Positions 1 to 9,054 of a DNA stretch of 60,121 bases are shown piece by piece. The notes beneath the pieces were generated by a model. It had not been told where the DNA came from. It saw only the letters and a program-made list of their open reading frames with translations, and made no database searches. A program made the position numbers and the translations under genes. This stretch comes from an uncultured Candidatus Kuenenia sp. (GTDB taxonomy: Bacteria > Planctomycetota > Planctomycetia > Pirellulales > UBA1268): NCBI GenBank assembly GCA_964578555.1, contig CAZODJ010000001.1:11661-71781 (forward strand), written 5' to 3'. The stretch's first letter is position 1. The number at the start of each line of letters is the position of its first letter.

Positions 1-217
1 CGGCGGCCACGAGCAGAGGCTCCTGGTCAATCTGTGGCTTGAGCTTGCCAAAGAGTGCGCCGTGCCACTCGGTGGCCGTCGGATCAGGAACACCGAGGGC
101 ACAGGCGAGCGGTTCGAGCGACTCGAGACACGAGCAGATTTCGGCAACGCAATCGCTCCATGCGGCGAGCGACGCCGGAGCAGCAGATCGCTCGGAAGAA
201 GAAGGGATGTCATTCAC
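1..217 (-). CDS. hypothetical protein, partial (5' part only; gene continues beyond the left edge)
   Basis: The reverse frame is open from base 1 up to a GTG at 217 (TTG at 223), with an in-frame TGA just upstream. The translation VNDIPSSSERSAAPASLAAWSDCVAEICSCLESLEPLACALGVPDPTATEWHGALFGKLKPQIDQEPLLVAA looks protein-like. The gene is divergent from the MBL gene. No motif recognised. Confidence 0.3.
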   Translation of the reverse strand, partial: MNDIPSSSERSAAPASLAAWSDCVAEICSCLESLEPLACALGVPDPTATEWHGALFGKLKPQIDQEPLLVAA

Positions 218-384
218 GGACAAGACTCATCATCAGACCGAAACAGCCGCGGCTGATTGCCGCCTGGTTTGGTGTGTCCTAAACTATTGAACTGGCGACG
301 TTTCGACACGCTCCGTGCCCGGAGGGTCAGTGTGTCTTCCCGCGTGCGTCACCGCAAATCCACCTTCAAGGCCAATCTTTTCCG

Positions 385-1176
385 ATGCTTGAACGTCGAC
401 CACTCTTTCCCGGTGTCATCGAGATCAATCACCAGGCCGGCTATCGGATCGGCTGCAGTGTCTATCTCGTCTTCGACGACCGTGACTGGGTGCTCATCGA
501 CATCGGTTATGAGGAGACGGTGGACGAGATCATCGAGCTGATCCGACAGCTCGATTTCCCGCTGTCGCAGTGCCGGGGGCTGGTCGCCACCCATGCCGAC
601 GTCGACCACATTCAGGGGCTCGCCAAGGTGAAGGGCATCCTCAAGGCGCCGGTGCTCGCCCACCCCAAGGCCGTGCCAACGCTCGAGGCGGGCGACCTGA
701 TCAAGACGTTCGCCGAGATTGCGGCGCAGAATGTTCACATGCCGATGCCAACCGTGACGGTCGAGCGGCAGATCAAAGACGGTGACACGATCGAGGTCGG
801 TTCGCGGCGTCTCGAGGTCTGGCACACGCCGGGTCACACCGACAGCCAACTCGCCTTCCGACTCGACAACCTCCTGCTCTCGGGCGACAACATCTATCGC
901 GACGGCTCGGTCGGCGCGATCGACGCCCATCATGGCAGCGACATTCCGGCCTTCATCAAGTCGCTCAAGCGGATTCTGGCCAGTGACGTCGAATGGCTCC
1001 TGCCCAGCCATGGCCCGGTCTTTCGGAAGGATGATGCATTGCTCGAAAAGACGATCGCCCGGCTCGAGGGCTATCTGAAACTCGCCGACTTCGGCACCTG
1101 CGCTCCCCACTGGCCGCTGATCGACGAATGGGATCGGGAACTGGCGGAGGGGCGGATGCCTTCCGCCGCGGTGTAG
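385..1176 (+). CDS. MBL-fold metallo-hydrolase
   Basis: 263-aa ORF with an ATG start. It carries the metallo-beta-lactamase metal-binding motif THADVDHIQG (an HxDxDH variant of HxHxDH), then TPGHT and a later SHG. Confidence 0.8.
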   Translation: MLERRPLFPGVIEINHQAGYRIGCSVYLVFDDRDWVLIDIGYEETVDEIIELIRQLDFPLSQCRGLVATHADVDHIQGLAKVKGILKAPVLAHPKAVPTLEAGDLIKTFAEIAAQNVHMPMPTVTVERQIKDGDTIEVGSRRLEVWHTPGHTDSQLAFRLDNLLLSGDNIYRDGSVGAIDAHHGSDIPAFIKSLKRILASDVEWLLPSHGPVFRKDDALLEKTIARLEGYLKLADFGTCAPHWPLIDEWDRELAEGRMPSAAV

Positions 1177-1346
1177 CCGACTCCCACGGCCGACGCCGTG
1201 CTCTACCGTGCCAAGCGGGTGGGCTGAAACCGCATCTGGCTGGCAAACCCTGTCGATTTTTCCATCAAGAACGGTCCTCCAGCCAACCGATACGAACGGT
1301 GAGATCGGTTTTTCCGGTTTCATCGTTTTTCAGGGGGGACAATCCG

Positions 1347-1685
1347 ATGACACGGCACCTGTTTGCCGCCGCCATTGCGGCCGGCGCGGTCTTCTTTACG
1401 GCTGGCAGCGGCCAGGCCCAGCAGCCTTTCCCTGGCACGCAGGCGTATGGCCACCAGTGGGGTTCCTCGTACAACACCCACGACTGGAACCGACTCTACC
1501 ACTACCCCTACGTGTGGTATCCGCAAAACTTCTACGCCGACGGCTACTACCAGAGCGCCAACGATCTTTACTACCGCTATCCGCAGGAGATGCGGGTGCC
1601 GGTCTACAACAAGAACTGGCAGAACTACTACCCGAAGAGCCGCCGCTACCACCAAGGCCACCATTTCCACCTGGATGTTTTTTGA
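1347..1685 (+). CDS. small secreted Tyr/Trp/His-rich protein, unknown function
   Basis: Starts at the inner ATG at 1347 of track ORF 1128-1685. It has a signal-peptide-like N-terminus (MTRHLFAAAIAAGAVFFTAGSGQAQQ). The mature part has 16 Tyr in about 87 residues by hand count (YHYPYVWYPQNFYADGYY..RRYHQGHHFHLDVF). Confidence 0.6.
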   Translation: MTRHLFAAAIAAGAVFFTAGSGQAQQPFPGTQAYGHQWGSSYNTHDWNRLYHYPYVWYPQNFYADGYYQSANDLYYRYPQEMRVPVYNKNWQNYYPKSRRYHQGHHFHLDVF

Positions 1686-1706
1686 CGGGCGAAGCCCGTC
1701 AAAAAA
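1678..1706. other. perfect 29-nt palindrome overlapping the stop codon of the preceding gene (TTTTTTGACGGGC-GAA-GCCCGTCAAAAAA)
   Basis: 13-nt arms with a 3-nt loop, read directly from the sequence. The T-run lies 5' and the A-run 3' on both strands, so this is not the canonical intrinsic-terminator layout. Confidence 0.6.
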
Positions 1707-1736
1707 CGTTCAACGAGACCGGCTACAATCGCGGCC

Positions 1737-3590
1737 ATGGATGGAGCCCAGCCGCCGCCGTTTGAGGATGACCGGGAGGCGGCTCGATGGTGGGTTGAGA
1801 ACGTCTACGCCGGCGACGACGCCGTGCAACTCTCCGTGCGGGCCGTCGTCACCGGCATGGTGATCGGCGGCGTGATGTCGATCAGCAATCTCTACGTCGG
1901 CCTCAAGACGGGCTGGGGCCTCGGCGTCACGATCACCGCCTGCATCATCGCCTACGCCGTCTTCAAGGGGCTCGAGCAGGTCGTGGCGGCCTGGCGAGAC
2001 CGTCCCTTCTCGATCCTCGAAAACTACACGATGTCGAGCGTGGCCAGCACTGCCGGCTACATGTCGAGCGCCGGCCTCGTCTCGGCCTTTCCCGCCCTCT
2101 ATCTCACGACCGGCCGACTGCTCGAGTGGTGGGAAATCATGGCCTGGATCGCCGCCCTCTCCTCGCTCGGCGTCTTCATGGCGATCCCGCTCAAGCGACA
2201 GCTCATCAACATCGACCAGCTTCCCTTCCCCTCCGGCATCGCCACCGCCGAGACGCTCAAGAGCATGCACGCCTCCGGCGACGGTGCCGTGACGAAGGCC
2301 CGCGCGCTCTTCGCCGCCGGTGCGGCCGGCGGCCTCACGGCCCTCTGGCGGGATGGCTTCGCGGCCATTCCCGCCCTCAGCCGGTTCGCCTTCCCCACCG
2401 AGTTTGCGGCGTTTGGCCGCGACCTGCTTGCCAAATACACGATCGGCATCGAGGGCTCGCTCATCATGCTCGCCGCCGGCGCGATCATGGGTCTGCGGGT
2501 CGCTACCTCGATGCTCGTCGGCTCGCTGCTGCTCTATGGTGTCGTCGGTCCGATCCTCGTCGAACGGGGCATCGCCGAGCCGGGATACCGCGGTATCGTC
2601 TCCTGGACGCTCTGGCCCGCCACGTCATTGATGGTCACCTCGGGCCTGCTCTCCTTCGCACTCAAGTGGCGGACGATCCTGCGGGCCTTCGGCGGCCTGG
2701 CAAAACTCGTCGGCACCACCGCCGGCGCGGAGACCGACGACCCGCTCGAGCGGATCGAGGTGCCGGCGTCGTGGTTCATCGTCGGCACGCTCGTCACCGG
2801 CTCGGCCTGCATGGCCCTCGGCCATCTCTTCTTCGGCATCAGCTGGTGGATGGGAGCGGTGGCTGTACTCGTCACGTTCTTCTTGTCGATTGTCGCCGCC
2901 CGGGCCACCGGCGAGACCGACATCACGCCGATCGGGGCCATGGGCAAGATCACGCAGCTGGTCTACGGCGTGCTCGCGCCGTCGAACATCACGACCAACC
3001 TCATGACCGCCTCGATCACCTCTGGCGCCGCCTCCAATGCCGCCGATCTGCTCACCGACTTGAAATGCGGGTATCTGCTCGGCGGCAATCCCCGGCGGCA
3101 GACGATCGCGCAGTTTTTCGGTGTGCTCGGCGGGTCGATCGTGTCGGTGCCCGCCTACCTCTTCGTGGTGCAGCGCAATCCTGAGCAGCTTGGCTCCGCG
3201 GCCCTGCCCGCGCCGGCGGCGAAGGTGTGGGCGGGTGTCGCAGAACTGCTCGCCAAGGGGATCGAGGCCCTGCCGGCGGGAGCACTCTGGGCCATCGCGT
3301 TCGGTGCCGTGGCCGGCGCGGTGCTCACGCTCCTCGAGGAATTCGCCCCCGAGCGACTGCGGCCGTGGATTCCCTCACCGACGGGGCTCGGTATCGCCGG
3401 CGTGATCCCGGCCTTCAACTCGATCTCGATGTTTGTCGGAGCGTTGCTTGCCTGGCTCTTTGCCAAGGCGAGCCCGCGGGCCGCGGAGGCCTACACGATC
3501 CCCGTCTCGAGCGGCCTCATTGCCGGTGAATCGCTCGTCGGCGTGGCGATCATCCTCGCCATCGAAATCTTCAAGCTCATGGAGGGGTAG
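1737..3590 (+). CDS. OPT family oligopeptide transporter
   Basis: 617-aa polytopic membrane protein. The N-terminal segment LSVRAVVTGMVIGGVMSISNLYVGLKTGWGLG and the overall Gly/Ala-rich multi-TM layout are typical of the OPT superfamily. Confidence 0.8.
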   Translation: MDGAQPPPFEDDREAARWWVENVYAGDDAVQLSVRAVVTGMVIGGVMSISNLYVGLKTGWGLGVTITACIIAYAVFKGLEQVVAAWRDRPFSILENYTMSSVASTAGYMSSAGLVSAFPALYLTTGRLLEWWEIMAWIAALSSLGVFMAIPLKRQLINIDQLPFPSGIATAETLKSMHASGDGAVTKARALFAAGAAGGLTALWRDGFAAIPALSRFAFPTEFAAFGRDLLAKYTIGIEGSLIMLAAGAIMGLRVATSMLVGSLLLYGVVGPILVERGIAEPGYRGIVSWTLWPATSLMVTSGLLSFALKWRTILRAFGGLAKLVGTTAGAETDDPLERIEVPASWFIVGTLVTGSACMALGHLFFGISWWMGAVAVLVTFFLSIVAARATGETDITPIGAMGKITQLVYGVLAPSNITTNLMTASITSGAASNAADLLTDLKCGYLLGGNPRRQTIAQFFGVLGGSIVSVPAYLFVVQRNPEQLGSAALPAPAAKVWAGVAELLAKGIEALPAGALWAIAFGAVAGAVLTLLEEFAPERLRPWIPSPTGLGIAGVIPAFNSISMFVGALLAWLFAKASPRAAEAYTIPVSSGLIAGESLVGVAIILAIEIFKLMEG

Positions 3591-4806
3591 GTCGCAGGCC
3601 TGGCGACTGCACGGAGGCCGTAAGCGTGGCGACGGCTGCCTCCACCTGCGACACCTCGATCCATTCATCAACGGTATGGGCCTGAGCGATCGAGCCGGGG
3701 CCAAACACCACGCACGGCACACCGGCCGCGGCATACACGCTCGCGTTGGTGCCATAGCGAGCTGCCAGCTGCCGCGGCGTGCCCCCCAGCGATAGTGCCG
3801 CCGCGGCGAGCCATTCAGCCAGCGCTGCCGCGGCCGGATGCTCGGCCGACATCCCGCCACTTTCCAAAAATGGCTCGTCGTGCTCCACGCGGGCTTGGCC
3901 GGAAACGGCCGCGATCCGCTCGATCACCTCGTCCCGTGCGGCGGACGGCGACTCGCCCGGCAGCACCCGCCGCTCAACCTCGAGCACCACCAGATCGGGT
4001 ACGAGGTTCACACCACTGCCGCCATGGATGGTGCCAAGGCTCAGCGTGGGTGGGCCGCACGGGTGGCCGGGATTGCGGGCGAGCAATTCCTGGGCAAGCG
4101 ACTCGATCGCCAGGATCACCCGCCCCGCCGGGTAGATTGCATTTTCGCCCCGTTCGGGGAATGAACTGTGGCAGGCGCGGCCCCGCACCCGAACTCGCCA
4201 CCGCACCGCCCCCTTGTGTTGCGTGACGATGTCGAGATCGGTCGGCTCGGCGATGATCGCCGCCGTAGGCCGGTCCCCGACAAACTCGCGGGCGGCCGCG
4301 TCACCGGGCGCCGCATCGGCAGTCGGGTCGTCCCACAATCGTGCCAGCGCCTTGGCTCCGGAAAACCCAAACTCCTCGTTCACCGTCGCGGCAAAGAGCA
4401 CCGTCGCATGGCGGGCGGCGTCGGAATCCCGCAGGCGATCGATCGCCACGAGCATTGCCGCCATGCCCCCCTTCACATCGCAGGCACCGCGGCCGGAGAG
4501 TCGGCCGTCGTGCACCGCTGGTGTGAAGGGCTCGATCGTCATGCCATCGGCGGGAACCGTGTCTTGATGGGCGTCCCACAGGATCACCGGCGCGTCAGGC
4601 ACGGTTGCCTCCAGCCGGGCCACCACGTTGTCCCGTCCGGGCGACACCTTCTGCCGCAGGCACGGCAGGCCAGCCGCTGTGAACCGCTGGACGAGGTATT
4701 CCGTGACTCGCCCTTCGAGGTATTCCGGCCCCGACACATCCCGCCCCATCGGGTTCACGCTCGGGCGGCGAACGAGGTTTGCAAGAGTGGCCAGTGGGTC
4801 AGACAT
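3577..4806 (-). CDS. M20 family metallopeptidase (ArgE/DapE/acetylornithine deacetylase-like)
   Basis: Starts at the inner ATG at 4806 (MSDPLATLANLV) of track ORF 3577-5244. M20 motifs are present: WDAHQDTVP, GRGACDVKGG, TVNEEFG. Its 3' end overlaps the OPT gene by 14 nt (convergent). Confidence 0.8.
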   Translation of the reverse strand: MSDPLATLANLVRRPSVNPMGRDVSGPEYLEGRVTEYLVQRFTAAGLPCLRQKVSPGRDNVVARLEATVPDAPVILWDAHQDTVPADGMTIEPFTPAVHDGRLSGRGACDVKGGMAAMLVAIDRLRDSDAARHATVLFAATVNEEFGFSGAKALARLWDDPTADAAPGDAAAREFVGDRPTAAIIAEPTDLDIVTQHKGAVRWRVRVRGRACHSSFPERGENAIYPAGRVILAIESLAQELLARNPGHPCGPPTLSLGTIHGGSGVNLVPDLVVLEVERRVLPGESPSAARDEVIERIAAVSGQARVEHDEPFLESGGMSAEHPAAAALAEWLAAAALSLGGTPRQLAARYGTNASVYAAAGVPCVVFGPGSIAQAHTVDEWIEVSQVEAAVATLTASVQSPGLRPTPP

Positions 4807-4917
4807 CCTCGTCACCCTACCAAACCAGTTCATTTCTTTCCCTTCCCAGGCGACCGCCCCTACGATTCGCCGGTGTCTGCCGAAGGCTGCCGGTGCTTGA
4901 TCGAGAACTCCCTGACC

Positions 4918-6123
4918 ATGTTTCAATCCTGCGATGTGCATGCGGTCGTGTGGATGGCGGTCGGGCTGGTGGCCTTCGCCGGCTCCACGTCTGGTGCCGA
5001 GCCACCGTCCGCACCCGACGAGCACCAGGCGACGCTCGATGACCTCGCCTGGATGGTGGGCGACTGGGTCGTGGAGCAGGAGGACGAGGGGCCGACCAGT
5101 GCTGATGAATCGCACCAGACGATTGCGGTGCATGTTCGCTGGAGCCCCACGAGGGCGTTTCTCATCCGCGAGATGACGATCCATCACGACACAACACGAG
5201 TCGCCCACTACACACAGCGGATCGGCCGTGATGCCCGCACCCACTCCCTCCGCTCCTGGCTGTTCGATGACCAGGGGTCACACGGCGAGGCGTCCTGGAC
5301 AAAGAAAGGCGACGCACTCGTCGCTCGTTCGACCACCGTGCTGCCGGATGGCAGCGAGGTTTCGGCACGGACGGAATACCGTCACGACGGCAATGACCGC
5401 TGCACGTGGGAATCGGTGCACACCCACGATGGCGCCGCCGACGTGCAGCCACTCCGCCTCGTGCTCGTGCGGGCGTCGGCGCCCCTGCCCGCCGCCACCA
5501 CGACCGCCGATGACGATGACGTGTCCCGCAAGGCGGCGATCATGAATGGCCCCCGCTGGCAGCAGGCGGTGTTCGAACTGGGGCAATGGCTGGCGACACA
5601 ATCGATCTATTCGTCGGAGGAAGTGCTCCGCATCAAGGCCGGCTTCAATGATCGTGTGGCCCACGCGTCCGCGGACGACCTTGCAGAGATGCTCGACGAC
5701 CTCGACGCCAAGCTGCGCATCGTCGACAGCCCGGAGGCGCGCGATGCCCGCGACTGGGTGGGCCACTATCTCTCCGCCCTGTCAGATCGCAGGCGGGCAC
5801 GAGCGCTGGCCGACGTGCCTGACATCACGAAGATGTCGGTGGCCGAACTCCAGGCCGAAATCGAGAACGTCACCCAGAAACGATCCGGCATCCAGCAACG
5901 CCAGGCAGCCTTCGAGAGTGGGCGTCGGGAACTCGTGGAGCAGGCTCGTCAGACTGGGCAGCGGGCCGCAGCCCCACCGTCGGGCGGCCGGGCGGTGGCG
6001 GTTTCGCCACCCCGCCGTGATGGCGAGCCACCTTTTTCCTCGACCCGCGGTCCGGGCATGACCATCTATACCGGGGGCGGCTTCGGTGGCGCCGGAGTCG
6101 CCATCAGTGTCGGCAACTTTTAG
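4918..6123 (+). CDS. secreted hypothetical protein (N-terminal NTF2/lipocalin-like region, helical Asp/Glu-rich C-terminal half)
   Basis: Starts at the inner ATG at 4918 (MFQSCDVHAVVWMAVGLVAFAGSTSGA, signal-like) of track ORF 4168-6123. The part upstream of 4918 is antisense to the M20 gene. No catalytic motif recognised. Confidence 0.55.
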   Translation: MFQSCDVHAVVWMAVGLVAFAGSTSGAEPPSAPDEHQATLDDLAWMVGDWVVEQEDEGPTSADESHQTIAVHVRWSPTRAFLIREMTIHHDTTRVAHYTQRIGRDARTHSLRSWLFDDQGSHGEASWTKKGDALVARSTTVLPDGSEVSARTEYRHDGNDRCTWESVHTHDGAADVQPLRLVLVRASAPLPAATTTADDDDVSRKAAIMNGPRWQQAVFELGQWLATQSIYSSEEVLRIKAGFNDRVAHASADDLAEMLDDLDAKLRIVDSPEARDARDWVGHYLSALSDRRRARALADVPDITKMSVAELQAEIENVTQKRSGIQQRQAAFESGRRELVEQARQTGQRAAAPPSGGRAVAVSPPRRDGEPPFSSTRGPGMTIYTGGGFGGAGVAISVGNF

Positions 6124-6187
6124 CCCCAAAAACGCCCACCTCGTCCGCTGAGGCGTCTGGCTGTATAACCTTGGGGCAGCGACGGTG

Positions 6188-6211
6188 ACTTCGTGACGAA
6201 TTTCACGAAGT
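6188..6211. promoter_or_regulatory. dyad symmetry element upstream of nuoA (ACTTCGTGA-N6-TCACGAAGT)
   Basis: Perfect 9-bp inverted repeat 72-95 nt upstream of the nuoA ATG. The spacer-plus-arm string CGAATTTCA (6197-6205) recurs at 6225-6233. Confidence 0.3.
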
Positions 6212-6282
6212 GGCCTCCCGCTGCCGAATTTCATGTTTTGTCGGTCTCGCAGACGTCTTCCTCCTAGCCCCGCCAGCCTGTC

Positions 6283-6678
6283 ATGGACGCGATTCTCCCC
6301 GTCCTCCTGTTCGTCGTGATCGCGGCAGCGGTCTCGGTCGGCCTTGTCGTGTTCGCCGAACTCGTCGGGCCGAAGCGACACGGGGCCGTCAAGGACATGC
6401 CGTACGAGAGCGGCATGGACCCGATCCATGACACGCGCCGCCGATTCGACGTCCGCTTCCACCTCGTCGCCATCACGTTCCTGGTCTTCGACGTGGAACT
6501 GCTGTTCCTGTACCCATGGGCAGTCGCGAGCCGGTCGGCCGCGGGAATCGACGCCGCCGTTGCCAACGGATTCGTCTCCGGACGGGGCCTGGTCTTCATG
6601 GCGGCGATGGTCTTCACCGCACTCGTGATCGTCGGATTCGCATACGACTGGAGAAAGGGGGTGTTTCGATGGCGGTAG
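6283..6678 (+). CDS. nuoA: NADH-quinone oxidoreductase subunit A
   Basis: 131 aa with 3 TM segments. Motifs: [14 protein letters not shown] and [15 protein letters not shown]. First gene of a nuoA-N series. Confidence 0.9.
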   Translation: MDAILPVLLFVVIAAAVSVGLVVFAELVGPKRHGAVKDMPYESGMDPIHDTRRRFDVRFHLVAITFLVFDVELLFLYPWAVASRSAAGIDAAVANGFVSGRGLVFMAAMVFTALVIVGFAYDWRKGVFRWR

Positions 6679-7286
6679 CCTCGTCAAACCTGGAACTTCC
6701 GGAGAACGTCGTCGTCAGCAAACTTGACGAACTGGCCAACTGGTGTCGCAAAAACAGCCTCTGGCCGATGCCCTTCGCCACCGCCTGCTGCGGGATCGAG
6801 CTGATGGCTACCGGTGCCAGCAAGCACGACCTCTCCCGCTTCGGCGCCGAGGTCTTCCGGTTCAGCCCGCGGCAGTGCGACCTGATGATCGTGGCCGGCC
6901 GCGTCGTCATGAAGATGCTTCCCGTGCTGCAGCGGATTTGGCAGCAGATGCACGAGCCCAAATGGTGCATCTCGATGGGTGCCTGCGCCAGCACCGGCGG
7001 TGTCTTCGACACCTACGCCGTTGTCCAGGGGATCGACCGCTTCATTCCGGTCGACATGTACGTGCCCGGCTGCCCCCCGCGGCCGGAGCAGCTCATCCAG
7101 GCGATCATCGATCTGCAGGATAAGATCCAGCGAGAAGGCACGATCACCGGCCGCGAGTTCGACACCCGCCAGCGTCAAGAGCGGAAGCGGGCGCTCGTCG
7201 AGATCACGGCGCCACTCACGATCGACGCATCCCGCAATCCCATCGTGCAGCGAGAACTCGCCGCCGCCGCCCTTCCCCGTTCCTGA
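6669..7286 (+). CDS. nuoB: NADH-quinone oxidoreductase subunit B
   Basis: Starts at the inner ATG at 6669 and overlaps nuoA by 10 nt. N2-cluster cysteine motifs are present: [28 protein letters not shown]. Confidence 0.9.
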   Translation: MAVASSNLELPENVVVSKLDELANWCRKNSLWPMPFATACCGIELMATGASKHDLSRFGAEVFRFSPRQCDLMIVAGRVVMKMLPVLQRIWQQMHEPKWCISMGACASTGGVFDTYAVVQGIDRFIPVDMYVPGCPPRPEQLIQAIIDLQDKIQREGTITGREFDTRQRQERKRALVEITAPLTIDASRNPIVQRELAAAALPRS

Positions 7287-7302
7287 TCCCCCGCCTGCTT
7301 CC

Positions 7303-7812
7303 ATGCCGCACCAGCCTCCCGCCGTCGATGATGTCGTCGCTGCTGTCCGAGACCGGTTTGCTGCCGCAGACACGAGCGTGTTCCGTGGACAGACGCGGCT
7401 GGTCGTGCCCGAGCCGCAGTCGTTCGATGTGCTGGCGTTTCTCAAGGAACGGGGATTCGACCTGCTCGTCGATGTCTCCTGCGTCGATTATCTCGACTAT
7501 CCCGATGCCAAGCATCGTTATGGACTCGTCTATCTTCTTGCCAACACGGCCACCAACCAGCGGCTCACGATCCGCGTCTTCGTCGACGATCCCGAGCCAA
7601 CGGTGAAGAGCGTCGTGCCACTCTGGGAAGGCGCCAACTGGCTGGAGCGGGAAGTCTGGGACCTCTTCGGCATCCATTTCGCAGGCCATCCCGACCTCCG
7701 CCGCCTTGTGATGCCCGAGGAGTTCACTGCCCACCCGCTTCGCAAGGACTATCCGCTCCAGGGCCGCGGCGAACGCCACAATTTCCCCGTCATCACCCGA
7801 GATCACAGCTAG
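7303..7812 (+). CDS. nuoC: NADH-quinone oxidoreductase subunit C
   Basis: Starts at the inner ATG at 7303 (MPHQPPAVDD). Conserved ANWLEREVWDLFGIHFAGHPDLRRL. Confidence 0.9.
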   Translation: MPHQPPAVDDVVAAVRDRFAAADTSVFRGQTRLVVPEPQSFDVLAFLKERGFDLLVDVSCVDYLDYPDAKHRYGLVYLLANTATNQRLTIRVFVDDPEPTVKSVVPLWEGANWLEREVWDLFGIHFAGHPDLRRLVMPEEFTAHPLRKDYPLQGRGERHNFPVITRDHS

Positions 7813-7815
7813 CCG

Positions 7816-9054
7816 ATGTCGATCGCACCTGCCGAATTCGCTATTCCGACCCAGAGCCCGACGGCGGCTGCGCGGAGCGAGGACTATCTCTGGACGCTCA
7901 ACTTCGGCCCCCAGCATCCGGCCACGCACACGACACTGCGGCTCGTGCTCAAGCTCGAAGGCGAGCGGGTCGTCGACGCGATGCCGGAGATGGGCTACCT
8001 CCACTCCGGCTTCGAGAAGATCGGTGAGCACCTCACGTTCAACCAGTACGTGACGGTCACCGACCGGATGAATTACATCTCGCCGATGGCCAACAACGTG
8101 GCCTGGCACCATGCGGTCGAGACACTGCTGGGCATCGAACTCACGCCGCGGTGCAAATACATCCGCACGATCATCGCCGAACTGGCCCGCATCAGCGACC
8201 ATCTCCTCAGCAACGGCGCCGTCGGGCTCGATACCGGAGCGTTCACGTTCTTCCTCTACGCGTTCTATCAGCGAGAGGTGATCTACGACATTTTCGAAAC
8301 GCTCTGCGGGGCCCGGTTTACCAACTCCTACACCCGCGTGGGCGGCGCCTCGCAGGATTTCACGCCGCTCGTGATCGAAAAGATCCGCACGTTCGTGAAG
8401 ACGTTTCCCAAGACGCTCGACGACATGGAGCGGCTGCTCACCCGCAACCGCATCTTCGTCGACCGCACGAAGGGCGTGGGCGTGCTCACGAAGGAGGAGG
8501 CGATCAACCGCAGCGCGAGCGGGCCAGTGGCGCGGGCCAGTGGCGTCACCCGCGACCTGCGGAAGGACGAGCCCTACCTCGCCTATGAAGATTTCCAGTT
8601 CCAGGTGGCCTGCGCGAGTGCCGGCGACTGCTACGCCCGGTATCTCGTGCGAATGCAGGAGATGCGGGAAAGCCTCAAGATCGTCGCGCAGGCGATCGAA
8701 CACCTGCCCGGCGGGCCGGTGAATGTCGGCATCGACCAGCGGATGGCCCTCCCCACAAAGAAGCAGGTCTATTCGTCGATCGAGGGCACGATCTCCCACT
8801 TCGAGCTGTCGATGAGCAACCGCGGCTTCGAGGTGCCCTGCGAGGAATCCTATGCCGCCATCGAGGCGCCCAACGGTGAACTCGGCTTCTACATCGCCGG
8901 CGACGGCAACGAGACGGCGTACCGCGCCCGGTGCCGCCCGCCGAGCGTGCTCCACTTCGCAATGTTCCCGCACCTCATCCGCGGCCACACGCTCTCCGAC
9001 GTCGTGGCCGTGCTCGGCAGCCTCAATATCATCGCCGCGGAGCTCGATCGATGA
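7816..9054 (+). CDS. nuoD: NADH-quinone oxidoreductase subunit D
   Basis: 412 aa. Motifs: NFGPQHPATHTTLRL, RMNYISPMANN, and C-terminal LGSLNIIAAELDR. Confidence 0.95.
   Translation: MSIAPAEFAIPTQSPTAAARSEDYLWTLNFGPQHPATHTTLRLVLKLEGERVVDAMPEMGYLHSGFEKIGEHLTFNQYVTVTDRMNYISPMANNVAWHHAVETLLGIELTPRCKYIRTIIAELARISDHLLSNGAVGLDTGAFTFFLYAFYQREVIYDIFETLCGARFTNSYTRVGGASQDFTPLVIEKIRTFVKTFPKTLDDMERLLTRNRIFVDRTKGVGVLTKEEAINRSASGPVARASGVTRDLRKDEPYLAYEDFQFQVACASAGDCYARYLVRMQEMRESLKIVAQAIEHLPGGPVNVGIDQRMALPTKKQVYSSIEGTISHFELSMSNRGFEVPCEESYAAIEAPNGELGFYIAGDGNETAYRARCRPPSVLHFAMFPHLIRGHTLSDVVAVLGSLNIIAAELDR

Noticed and set aside
349-1323. 324-aa minus-strand ORF. Other long antisense ORFs: 9886-10902, 12539-13399, 21161-22285, 37293-38360, 39461-40621, 40272-41198, 56026-56940, 58558-59586
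   Set aside because: Each lies opposite a gene with strong family motifs (MBL, nuoF, nuoH, mrp, clpC, mlaE/F, top6B and others). Each has the R/G/A/D/E/H-rich composition of GC-rich antisense frames.
1678-1706. Canonical rho-independent terminator call
   Set aside because: The U-tract would be 5' of the stem on both strands. The hairpin is real, but the polarity is wrong for a standard intrinsic terminator. It is reported as a palindrome instead.
7216-8988. 590-aa ORF on the minus strand
   Set aside because: It is antisense to nuoC and nuoD, which have unmistakable motifs. Its Arg/Gly/Ala/Asp-rich, low-complexity translation is typical of shadow ORFs in GC-rich DNA.
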